Assembly: GCA_964016885.1 (NCBI GenBank)
Contig: OZ024745.1
Location: 118,792,001 to 118,856,000, forward strand
Source of the DNA: Eledone cirrhosa
Lineage: Eukaryota
Length of the DNA stretch: 64,000 bases
Reading direction: 5' to 3'
The notes below the pieces were generated by a model. The model made no database searches. It saw nothing but the letters and a program-made list of their open reading frames with translations, and was not told where the DNA came from. A program made the translations under genes and the position numbers. The stretch's first letter is position 1. Each line of letters begins with the position of its first letter. Below, in pieces: positions 1 through 10,573 of this stretch.

Positions 1-280
1 CATTTGTCGCACTCTAATCTGTATACGTCATAAGCCTGGTGGCATAGGTCTGTGTCGTTGATGGGGCAGTTGGCTAGCCTGCAGCGGCTGTCCTGTCTGG
101 TGGACTGTCTTTTGGTTAACCCTCCGCGTAGAGAAGGTCCTGAGTGGGCTAGTTGGATATCTAGTCCCTCTCGTCTGATAGCTTTGCGGATAGCTGTTGT
201 TGTTTCGTCACTGAAGTGTGGGAGCTTCAGAAAGCAGGTGTTAGTGCCTCGGGTGTGATGTCCTCTGTTGTTTCTCGAAA
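1..280 (-). mobile_element. Penelope-like element fragment (thumb/linker into GIY-YIG endonuclease), running off the window edge
   Basis: Minus-strand translation FLKLPHFSDETTTAIRKAIRREGLDIQLAH...CRLANCPINDTDLCHQAYDVYRLECDKC matches the PLE 'LxLPY...CxxxxC...C...VYxIxCxxC' region that precedes the YIG motif. Confidence 0.7.
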
Positions 281-859
281 ATTAAGGCTATTTAAAGGAT
301 ATTTTAAGGTAAAAGACTAATTGTCAACAATATCTTTTGCATTTGCATTTATATTCTATATCCATACCTGCATTGTCTTGGCCTTCCAACTCCAAACGTT
401 TATATATATACATATATATATATATACACACACATATATATACACACACATATATATATATACATATATACATACACACATACATATATATATATATATG
501 TATGTGTGTATGTATGTGTGTGTGTGTGTATATGGAAGTATAAATATATATCCCACGCAACTGAGCTACACGTACTGTCAGTTTGAGGTGTCTGTCGCAA
601 CGACGGATATCCATCATCGTATGATACATTCAGCAGTTACAAATATTTTGTTCATTCTTTATTCTCTCTTACTTTCAATATATAAGTTGGAGATGATATG
701 ATATACAAACTGAATGACATGATATAATAAAGGGAGGGCTCAAACGACATGCAAAGGTACCTGAAATCCAACCTCAGCCGGCTATTGGTACATATTCTTC
801 ATTGACCATAATTAAATATGGAATGATACGCGATTTCCCCCCCCCCCCCCCCACCCACA

Positions 860-960
860 CACACACAGCCCCGGCGGACAGGATGGAGAAGGCGTTTCCC
901 CGGAGGGACGGCAAGGAAGACGCGTTGGAAAAGGCACTCCAACTCGTGGGCCTCACACCT
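860..960 (+). mobile_element. Short L1/Tx1-like ORF2 fragment
   Basis: GC-rich island translating as DRMEKAFPRRDGKEDALEKALQLVGLT. It resembles the start of L1/Tx1 ORF2 linker sequence, but it is short. Confidence 0.3.
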
Positions 961-1149
961 GCAGCTATATTTGCTGGAGAAAGTAAGCGAATGTTTGTTG
1001 TGACGTTAACAAATTTACTGATGTTAGCTTGTCAATTAAGTCATATTGTTATGACTAGCAATCGAGACTGTGTCACCGAGTCTGCTCCCCACCACACATA
1101 CCCTCCCCGTGTCCTTTAAGACTCGATGTTTATGTAATTATGTAATGTT

Positions 1150-1193
<44 letters not shown>

Positions 1194-1269
1194 TACACAC
1201 TCTCTCTATACACACACTCATACATACACACTCTCTCTCTCTCACACACACACACATATATATATATAT

Positions 1270-1551
<282 letters not shown>

Positions 1552-1582
1552 AGATCAAGAGATGGTTAAAGGAGTTCCATAT

Positions 1583-1651
1583 ATTTTATTATGCGCATTT
1601 CAAAAACAAACATCATCAAACAATAATATTTGTGTTTTCATCAGATAAAAC
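1583..1651 (-). ncRNA. Type I hammerhead ribozyme, intact core
   Basis: Minus strand reads GTTTTAT-CTGATGA-[~16-bp stem II]-GAAA-TGCGCA-TA-ATAAAAT. Stem I has 7 bp and stem III is palindromic. Confidence 0.85.
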
Positions 1652-1720
1652 AGGAGAACATGATATGAAGGCTAAAAAACACTTGTTGATAGTGCAGTTT
1701 TAAATCAACATATCACCTCC

Positions 1721-1765
<45 letters not shown>

Positions 1766-1840
1766 TGATGGCCTCCAAAAACAACGGTCAATTTTTAAAA
1801 GGGTACGTCAATGTCTATTGATAAAACTGTTATATATTGT

Positions 1841-1903
1841 ATTTTGTCTGATGAAGGCATACCATAATGTAACTTGGTATCCTTGAAATATATATAATGA
1901 AAT
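1841..1903 (+). ncRNA. Type I hammerhead ribozyme, intact core
   Basis: ATTTTGT-CTGATGA-AGGcATACCA..TGGTATCCTT-GAAA-TATATA-TA-ATGAAAT. Confidence 0.75.
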
Positions 1904-1948
1904 AAATATGGTTTTATAAATATAGTTTCCATTTATTAATACCGTATA

Positions 1949-2016
<68 letters not shown>

Positions 2017-2159
2017 CAAAGGGATATTTAATTTGTTGGTAATTCAACAAATATATATATTTATAACTGATTCGAAGCACTCGACAGTTTTCTGGAGTAT
2101 AATATCAATGATTGAGCCATTAAGGTTTCATTCCTGGATATGTCAATATTTATAAAACA

Positions 2160-2211
2160 AAGATGAGTGTGTACCAAAGTTTTGGTACCCTCGAAATATA
2201 TATAATAGAAT
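2160..2211 (+). ncRNA. Degenerate hammerhead copy in a 308-bp direct repeat
   Basis: AGATGA-..GTACCAA..TTGGTAC..-GAAA-TATATA-TA, followed by nearly the same ~55 nt as 1885-1940. Confidence 0.5.
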
Positions 2212-2430
2212 AAATATGGTTTTATAAATATAGTTTCCATTTATTAATATCATTGATATATATATATATATATCTGCTTAAACCATTTTGTTTGTTTACC
2301 CTAGCGTCCCCTTTATTTACGTGTCCCAACGACTTTTTTTTAGCCGTTGCTCGCACCAACCTGAGGTATATGGCCTTTAATGCGACGAAATGCCTACGAC
2401 GGTTGGATGGCCACTGATGAGGACAAACTT

Positions 2431-2490
<60 letters not shown>

Positions 2491-2826
2491 TTGCATGTAT
2501 ATGTATATATATATGTATGTGTTTGCATGTATATGTATATATATATATATATATGTGTTGGTGTGTTTATGTATGGATATATATATATATGTATGTGTGT
2601 GTATATATATATATATATGTGTATATATGCGTGTATATATGTATATATATATATATGTGTATATGTGTGTATATGTACGTGTGTGAGTGAGTGTGTGTAC
2701 GTGTGTGTTGTTATATATTCTTATTTATTATTCCCCCCCCCCCCTTTTTTTTTCCTCCAGCCTCACTTTCATATCTGTTATATTTTTGTTTTTCAAATCC
2801 ACTGTCAATAAAGACACCACGATTTC

Positions 2827-2884
2827 TTCATTCTGATGAATGAAAGCAATTTTGGTTGCTTTCAAGAAACCACTGGTAAATGAA
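2827..2884 (+). ncRNA. Type I hammerhead ribozyme, intact core
   Basis: TTCATT-CTGATGA-aTGAAAGCAA(ttttgg)TTGCTTTCAa-GAAA-CCAcTGG-TA-AATGAA. Confidence 0.85.
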
Positions 2885-2934
2885 ATAATTATCTTATGTT
2901 GTTTATTACATAACTATATATATATATATATATA

Positions 2935-3137
2935 TACTCAGCTGGCAAAAATGAGTTATATCTGTAATTCGAAGGATCAGCCTTCTCAAATTGTGTCACG
3001 CTGAATCTCCCTGAGAACTGCGTTAAGGGTACATGTGTTTGCGGAATGCCCGACCACTTAGACCTAAAGTTCACGAGAAGGTTGATTCGTTAATCAAATC
3101 AACTGGCAGACTTATTGTCGTAACCGACAGAGTACCA
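2935..3137 (+). mobile_element. CORE-type SINE, 3' part
   Basis: ACTCAGCTGGCAAAAATGAGT...GCTGAATCTCCCTGAGAAC...GTCGTAACCGA, shared with the copy at 52988-53310. Confidence 0.75.
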
Positions 3138-3159
3138 GTTTATATATATATATTTATAG

Positions 3160-3265
3160 GAAAAGAGTCAGGACCCAGACGGCTGAGCTCTTGCCGTTTC
3201 GACAGCTACATTCGAACTAGTTGTCGAAATGGCAGGAGCTCAGTCGTCGGGGTCCTGATTCTTTT
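3160..3265. repeat. Inverted repeat of a half-hammerhead element terminus
   Basis: GGAAAAGAGTCAGGACCC..GCCGTTTCGACAGCTA / TAGTTGTCGAAATGGC..GGGTCCTGATTCTTTTCC. The same family occurs at 11095-11140, 20215-20262 and 48040-48175. Confidence 0.75.
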
Positions 3266-3327
3266 CCGATTACCCACTCTACTACTCTAAGTATCGAGTA
3301 CTCTGGTGCGTTGTGGTCCTATATACA

Positions 3328-3380
3328 ATAAGGAAAAGCGAAGTAGTTTGACCTCTGAAACTACTTCGCTTTTCCTTATT
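3328..3380. repeat. Perfect inverted repeat (23-bp arms)
   Basis: AATAAGGAAAAGCGAAGTAGTTT / AAACTACTTCGCTTTTCCTTATT. Confidence 0.85.
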
Positions 3381-4152
3381 CGATATTTACTCCGTTACTC
3401 CTATGTGGAACAAGTATGTTGAGTGCTTGAATTGAATTACAGGACAAAAATAATGGTGCGCACAGGACAAAAACAATGGAAAAACTACGGGAAAACAGAC
3501 AGTCCCACCTCAGTCAACCCCAGGAAACCATATACAAATATATACTGGAATTCCGTATTCTTTCGATCTACCCGATTTCATTCTCAAGGTATTAGTCAGC
3601 TCAAGTGTTAGGTGTCACGCATTAGGACTGAACACAAAACCATATACTCGTAGTTGCCAGGCGTACAAACTCAGCAATGCCTGTGTTTATAAATATGTGC
3701 GAACCTCTCATCTGCGCGCTCCCCTCTCTTTCTCTGTATATATATGAATTTGCGGTTTAGTAGTTAGGGTGTTAGATCCCTGGTAGGGTATTTCGCCCTT
3801 AACCAATGACACTATTTCACGTCGCTTCAATTTAATGACCTGACAAAAATGAGTTTTTAGCTGTAATTCAAAGAGCCCGCAGGTTGTCCTATTATTCCAA
3901 CTACTAGAACACTCGTAATGGTAATCGACGGAGGTCCAATGCACACATACATACACACACAGACACACAGACACACACACACACATGAATGAGTGAGGGG
4001 AAAAGAAAGAGAGGAACAGAGGTTTGATTGATAGATGAACAGATTATAAATATATATATATAAACATTTATTATACAGATAGATACATAATTATTTTAAT
4101 ATATATGTACGTATCTCTCTCTCTCTATATATATTTGTATTTGTGTCTGTTT

Positions 4153-4215
<63 letters not shown>

Positions 4216-4972
4216 GTATGTGTATATATATATATATTGTGTGTGTGTGTATAGGTAGAGAGAAACTGTTTGCTATATTCAGACATGATAGATAAATAGT
4301 TTCTCATCGTATTTCAAGCACATTCTCTCTCTCGTTTTTTCTCTCGTTCTGTCTCTCCATCTCTCTCCTCTTTAGCCTTACCTACACTCCTCTCTCTCTC
4401 TTCCTTCTTTTCCTTTATCTCTCTTTCTTCCTTCTTCTCTTAATCGATCTCATGCTGCTCCTCAAACAATTTCTCTTGTCTTTCATTTGCACACACTCAG
4501 TATATTTCTCTCTCTGTCTTGTTACATAACCACATGTTACATAAATCTTAGAAATGTATGCGATTCTCTCCCTTCCACATTCACTCTTCTCTTCTTTCTA
4601 TTTATATCTCTTACCACTACTTGCCTACAACTTCTCTCTTACATTTTTTCCTACACCTCTTTCTGTCAATTCACCACTCTCCCTCTTTCTTTCTCTCGCT
4701 CTTTCTTTCTTTCTCTCTCTCTCTCGCTCTTTCTATCTCTTCCTCCTTCGCTCTACACAACTCTTTTCAATCGTTCTAAATATCTACTATCTGTCCTCTT
4801 TCTCTCTGTCCCACTATCTTTTTCTCTCGCCGTCTGTCCTCCGCCTTCTCCATGTCTGGTTATTTTTCTCTAGGTCGTTCACCTTTTATATTCACGCCTC
4901 TCTCCGGTACGTCTCTCACTACTTCTCACTTAAATTTTACTCTCTCTTCGCATACATTACATTACATCACAA

Positions 4973-5078
<106 letters not shown>

Positions 5079-5269
5079 GCGCAGGCACACACAGACACAC
5101 ACACACACACACCCACACCCACATCCACACACAAACACAAACACACTATCTTCTTATTCCTTTCGACATTACACCATACTTTCGGTACTTCTCAGAAAAC
5201 AAGCGAAGTTTGCATGTTTTGTATGCGATGTTTTCTGTTGTTGTGCCCCGGGTCAGGCAACTGAGTGCA

Positions 5270-5530
5270 CATGATCAAAAGCATTCCAGCCATGATTATC
5301 CCGTCAGATAAACATTATCTAAGACTACATTATCTAATATATTCTCAGTGGTGCAGTAAAGGTTCTCAGCACCCCAACGCAAAGTCACTTTTGGTGCACC
5401 CACCTTAATTAACAGGCAACCTGTTGCTACCTCTCTGTGTGTCTCTTTTTTAAAGATATGATTTTAAATGTATGATTTGAAAACGACTTGGCTGCTATTT
5501 CTAGATGCTCGAAGAAACATGCAGAGGCTT
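5270..5530 (+). repeat. Unclassified old dispersed repeat (also near 19600-19700, 42620-43050, 53830-53985 and 61780-61930)
   Basis: Recurring AAAAGCATTCCAGCC..CCCGTC..ACTACATTATCTAAT..GGCTGCTATTTCTAG motif chain. Confidence 0.55.
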
Positions 5531-6025
5531 CATCAGTAAGTACACATTGAAGTGTGCGTGCATAGATATATAAGTGCACGAGTATTTATGTGTGTGTGTG
5601 TATGTGTGCGCGTGTGTCTGTGTGAGGGTGTACTTTTTAAGTGTATGCATATGTACCTGGGTTATATGACTGAAATGGTTTGTGAAAATTGTTCATTTGT
5701 GTGTGTGTTGGTGTGTATATATATATATATGTGTGTGTCTGTGTATCCTGGGTTCAATCGGGAGTAACCAGAGTAAGTAAGGTACTCAATACATAGCAGA
5801 GTATATACAATGTTTAATATAGAAATGGCTTCTACAGGACTAAAACTGCTTCATTCGAAGGAAATCACGAGGAAAGTTTTCCTGATTATTTCCTTCGAAT
5901 GAAACAGAATAAATGTAATGAGTTTTTTGAATATTAATAACATTCGATTCGTTTGCAATTATGCAAACAAATGTCAGTAGAATGAATACTTCATTCTTGT
6001 TCTTATGTTGGCATGCGAACAGAAC

Positions 6026-6067
6026 TGCAGACACTAATGTTTCTGGGTACCACCCTTCATCAGTACA
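6026..6067 (-). ncRNA. Type I hammerhead ribozyme, intact core
   Basis: Minus strand reads TGTA-CTGATGA-aGGGT(ggt)ACCCa-GAAA-CATTAGTG-TC-TGCA. Confidence 0.85.
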
Positions 6068-6272
6068 AACCCGGCCATTTATCGCTCGTATACAGGAAAC
6101 TGACTGGCCAGTCTGCTGATATGCAAATCTGGCTGATCAGTGGATCTGCTAATATGCAGATCTGACTGATCAGCCGGTCTGCTAATATGCAAATCAGGCT
6201 GACCAGTCACAGTGTATTTTTGAAAATAGCATATATTTTCACTAGCTCTGACAGTTTGGCAGGTGAACAGTG

Positions 6273-6320
6273 AGCTGTACTGATGAAGGGTGACACCCAG
6301 AAACATTAGTGTCTGCAGTT
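6273..6320 (+). ncRNA. Type I hammerhead ribozyme, intact core, GUC site
   Basis: AGCTGTA-CTGATGA-aGGGT(gac)ACCCa-GAAA-CATTAGTG-TC-TGCAGTT. Confidence 0.9.
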
Positions 6321-6475
6321 CTGTTCGCATGCCAACATAAGAGTAAGAATGAAGTGTTCATTCTACTGTCATGGCTATAAAATTGAGGCTTGTTTGCATA
6401 ATTGCAAACGAATCGAATGTTATTATTAATATTCGAAAAACTCAGATTACATTTATATATATATATATATATATA

Positions 6476-6858
6476 TTAGAATTGGTGCTCTGAAATAGCG
6501 ATACACATATGAATGTATATATAGTGTATTTTGCAATACACTATATGCTTAATTAAAAACATTTCGAAGACCTTACGCTATTGTTTTAGAGTAGTGACAG
6601 TCTCACTTACTTTAAATTTTCAGCAAACGGGGGAGATAAAGCTGACAGAGCTCTGTTTCGTACTGATTGGTACTTATCAAAGCCAAGTACTCCACCTGTT
6701 TGCTGAAAATCATGAATGTTTGATTCTTATAGAATTCTAGTAATAATCAGGAACTGAATATACAGAGCGGTTGCCGGTCAAGCAGAAATTGAAAATTAGA
6801 ATTGGTGCTCTGAAATAGCGATACACATATGAATGTATATATAGTATATTTTGCAATA
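6476..6858. repeat. 63-bp direct repeat, period 321 bp, enclosing a hammerhead relic
   Basis: TTAGAATTGGTGCTCTGAAATAGCGATACACATATGAATG... at 6476 and 6797. Confidence 0.85.
6640..6684 (-). ncRNA. Degenerate type I hammerhead (core TTGATAA)
   Basis: Minus strand reads GGCT-TTGATAA-GTAC(caatca)GTAC-GAAA-CAGAGCTCTG-TC-AGCT. There are two transitions in the CUGAUGA core. Confidence 0.7.
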
Positions 6859-6877
6859 TATATATATATATATACAA

Positions 6878-6946
6878 GGGCGGTGCCCCAGCATGGCCTC
6901 AGCCGGATGGCTGAAACAGGTAAAAGAGTAAAAGAGTAAAAGAGTA
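6878..6946 (+). mobile_element. SINE/LINE 3' tail fragment
   Basis: GGCGGTGCCCCAGCATGGCC..GCTGAAACAG followed by a (GTAAAAGA)3 tail. Confidence 0.5.
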
Positions 6947-7187
6947 ATATATATATATATTATGCATACAAACTAATCGAAGAGGAGAGATAAGTGATTA
7001 GTTATGAGAATTATATGCCAGTAGAGAAAGGGACAGTGTAATCAATGCGTATTAGATACAAGACAAGCGGACAATATAAGTAAGCCAGAGAAATAATGTG
7101 AATCAAAGAATTATATAAGCAGAGCTTTAATATATAAATTAAATGTTAGAGAAAACAATACCAAATTCTTGAACAAATATATTTAAT

Positions 7188-7313
7188 GGCTGACAATTGT
7201 TTCGGAAACCATATCAGTAATCTGCACATACAGATCATAATTATCGATTATATAATCGATAATAGTAAGTGATAATAAAAATAAAAGTTTGATATGGTCA
7301 CCTCATCGGAGCC
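7188..7313 (-). ncRNA. Type I hammerhead with extended stem II (core CCGATGA)
   Basis: Minus strand reads GGCT-CCGATGA-GG..ACCATATCA-[~70 nt]-TGATATGGT..CC-GAAA-CAATTG-TC-AGCC. Confidence 0.7.
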
Positions 7314-7516
7314 GAAAAGAAAAAATAAATATTAAAATTTCAAAAATACATGTCACTGAAAATAGGGACTACGATAAATGTAAAACTAGGCTTGACCAGC
7401 AAGTTATCCCTTTTTCAGGTATAGGGAAATACGTATATTAGACATGTTTACACGTCTATATACTAAAACTGGTTATATTTATAAATACATTCGCAGATAG
7501 AACTTTATCATTTGAT

Positions 7517-8140
7517 TGTAGTGGTGATGGTGATGATGGTGGTGATTATGTTGAAGATAGTGGTGATGGTGGTGGTGGTGGCGGTGGAGATGGTGGTGGT
7601 GGCGGTGTTGAAGATAGTGGTGGTGGAGATGGTGGTGGTGTTGAAGATAGTGGTGGTGGTGGTGGTGGAGATGGTGGTGGTGGTGGTGTTGGAGATGGTG
7701 GTGGTAGTGGTGTTGGAGAATGGTGGTGGTGGTGATGATGGTGTAGGGGATAGTGAAGGTGTTGGAGATGGCGGTGGTGATGATGGTGTTGGAGATAGTG
7801 GTGGTGCTAGTAAAGGTGTTGGAGATGGTGAAGGTGGTGGTGGTGGTGGAGATGGTGGTGGTGGTGTTGGAGATCGTGGTGGTAGTTGTGTTGGAGATAG
7901 TGGTTGTGGTGATGATGGTGTTGGAGATAATGGTGGTGGTGTTAGTGAAGGTGTTGGAGATGGTGGTGGTGGTGGTTGTGGAGATGGTGGTGGTGTTGGA
8001 GATGGTGGTGGTGATGTTGGAGATGGTGATGGTGGTGTTGGAGATAGTGATGGTAGTGTTGGAGATGGTGGTGTTGGTGTAGGAGATGGAGGTGTGTTGG
8101 AGAGAGTGGTGGTGTTGGAGATGGTGGTGGTGGTGTTGGA
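7517..8140. repeat. Degenerate (GGT)n low-complexity tract
   Basis: GGT/GAT/GTT triplets; the poly-Val and poly-Gly ORFs are artefacts. Confidence 0.9.
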
Positions 8141-8351
8141 TACAGCAGATTTCTACCAGAGGAGGGGGTTGAGTAATAGAGAGAAGTCAGGAAGAGATAT
8201 AGAGGAAGAATCGACGCATGTACTGGACTGGTACTTTATCTATCGACCTCGTAAGGATAAAATTTAAAGTTGACCTCGGCGGGATTTGAACACTGAGCGC
8301 TGAGAGCAGGGACGAATACCTCAATTATGGTGAACTAATCCCGTCTTAGCT

Positions 8352-8542
8352 ACTGTGGATTGGCAGTATCAGTAAAAGATCGGACGCCATGCTTTGCAGC
8401 AAAGAGTTATGGCCCTTTATGATCTGAGTTCAAATCCAGCCGAGGTTAACTTTGCCTTTCATCCTTACGGGGTCGATAAAATAAAGTACCAGTAATGTAC
8501 TGGGTTATTGCTGGCCTTGTGCCAAAAGTAGAAACAATTATT
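8352..8542 (+). mobile_element. tRNA-derived SINE with Nin/Deu-like central domain (family A)
   Basis: GTGGATTGGCAG..GAGTTCAAATCC (B box)..CTTTGCCTTTCATCCTTACGGGGTCGATAAAATAAAGTACCAG..GCTGGCCTTGTGCC..AATTATT. More than 20 copies in the window. Confidence 0.85.
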
Positions 8543-8574
8543 TGATATATATATGTTGTGTGTGTGTGTCGGAC

Positions 8575-10573
8575 TCTACAGAATATTTTGATATCGAGTC
8601 CATAAATACCCACAAAGAGTTAAAGATATGACCGCTTTTGAACTAGACTTAGTTAATTTAATCAACCAAATCAAATTCCGTAAGTACTCTAACCCTTTTC
8701 AATCTAAACTGTACAACGATATTTCAAAATTCAAATCTTCTAAAAATAAGTTCATTTTCTCTGACAAAACTAAAAACTTATACGAAGTTAATAATAACTT
8801 ACATGATCAACTCTCAACAGATAACATTACCTCTAAATACCAAATAGCTAATATAAACACCTATAATACTATTAATAAGGAAGCTAAAGAATTAGCTAGT
8901 TTTTTTTAAAATAGACAATAGAACAGAAAAACTTGCTAAACGTAATGCCTATATCACCCTCAAAGATCACAAACCTGATTTTAATAATCGTTCTAGTTGT
9001 AGATTAATCAACCCTGCTATGACTGAAATCGGCCTTGCTAGCAACAAAAATATTAAATAATATAAACAAACATATTAGAAGTAAGTCTGAATTACTCCAA
9101 TGGATAAATAGCTCTTCCGTAGTACATTGGTTTAATAATATTAAAGATAAAAATAGTTCTAGATTCACCAAATTTGACATTGTAGACTTCTACCCGTCTA
9201 TTACTCACCCTCTTTTAACGGAAGCATTACATTTCGCTAGAAAGTTTATCAATATTTCTGATATTGAAGAGAATGTCATTTTGCATGCTAGAAACACTTT
9301 ACTATTTACTAATAATGACACTTGGGTAAAAAAATGTAACCCAGAAAACCCATTCGATGTCTCAATGGGTTCTTTTGACAGTGCTGACGTGTGTGATTTA
9401 GTCGGCCTATTCCTCCTACACACACTTAAGAGAGAAATTCCCTAACTATTCCTTTGGGCTTTATCGTGACGATGGTCTAATACTTTCCCATACCACTATA
9501 GGCCATAACTTAGATAGATTCAGGAAAGACTTAATAAAAACCTTCGCTAGTTTTAATCTTAAAATTACCATTGACACTAACCTTTCTAATGTTAATTTTC
9601 TAGATATAAACCTAGATCTGCCTACTGCTTCTTATAAACCGTACCATAAACCTAATGAAAATTTAAAATATATAAATAAAGGCTCTTGCCATCCTCCTAT
9701 AGTTTTAAAAAATCTTATCCCTAATATTAGCCGTAGGATCTCCACCCTCTCTTCCTCAGAAGCTATTTTCAATAAGGCATTCCCCTACTATAATAAAGCC
9801 CTCCAAAATAGCGGATTTAGCGAACCGATTAAGTACATACCCAACAATACTAACTCCTTTAAACATAATAATAGGAAAAGAAAAATAATCTGGTTCACAC
9901 CCCCCTACTCTCTAGCAGTTAAAACTAATGTAGGCAAAAAATTCCTAGAGCTCTTAGATAAACATTTCCCTAGAACACATAGATACTATAAGATCTTCAA
10001 TAGAAACTGTGTCAAAATTAGCTACTCCTGCGGTCCCCCTATTAAATCTTATATCCCCAATAAGAAAATACCCAGAGAACATCAAAATTGCTCCTGTAGA
10101 GTCAAAAGTGAATGCCCATTACAAGGTAAATACAACACCAAAGCCATTGTATATGCGGCTAAAGTGACAACCAACAGCAACAACCTACCAGCCACCAAGC
10201 CACCAGCGAACGATATGTGGGTATGACACAAGACAAATTCAAAACGTGATATTACTCACATGTCGCATCTTTACGACATCTTGAAAAAATATTTACAACA
10301 GCTCTGGCTAGCAGAATATGGGATTTGAAAGACCAAGGTATCCAATATAAATTAGATTGGTCAATTTTGAACCAATCTAAAGAATATGCAAGAGGAACAA
10401 GAAGATGCACACTCTGCATAAGTGAAAACTATTGGATTTTACAGAACCTTAAATCACCAAAAACCTGCCTAAATGCAAAAACAGAAATTTTCACCAGTTG
10501 CCCATACATGAAATCACACTTGCTTTCCAGCTCATACAAACTTAACTCACTTTCAGATACTTATCCTCCATAA
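8575..10573 (+). mobile_element. Penelope-like retroelement (Naiad-type), RT plus C-terminal GIY-YIG, frameshifted and probably inactive
   Basis: Ordered motifs across frames: ITLKDHK, CRLINP, FDIVDFYPSI, MGSFDSADVCDLVG, GLYRDDGL (YRDD at 9462), VNFLDI, HPP, WFTPPY, KISYSC, CSCR..CPLQG, IVYAAKV..YVGMT..FKT*YYSH, CTLCISE. Confidence 0.92.

Larger units (their letters stand above)
5908..6455. repeat. Inverted repeat with ~160-180 bp arms, each carrying a hammerhead; spacer contains three 33-bp tandem units
   Basis: 5908-6067 is the reverse complement of 6276-6455. The spacer repeats CTGCTAATATGCAAATC..CTGATCAG. Confidence 0.9.

Noticed and set aside
2355-2435. GAAA...CTGATGA segment (also 25918-25970 and 27313-27365) as a type II hammerhead
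   Set aside because: I could not form convincing stems I and III; at most it is a truncated or decayed relic.
7512-8267. Gly/Val-rich ORFs (also 12796-13587) as structural proteins
   Set aside because: They are pure (GGT)n derivatives open in several frames, with no splice or homology support.
10247-10249. In-frame TGA in the Naiad-type PLE as selenocysteine
   Set aside because: It falls at the conserved GIY-YIG Arg (CGA to TGA decay). The linker cysteines use TGC/TGT and the element is otherwise frameshifted.
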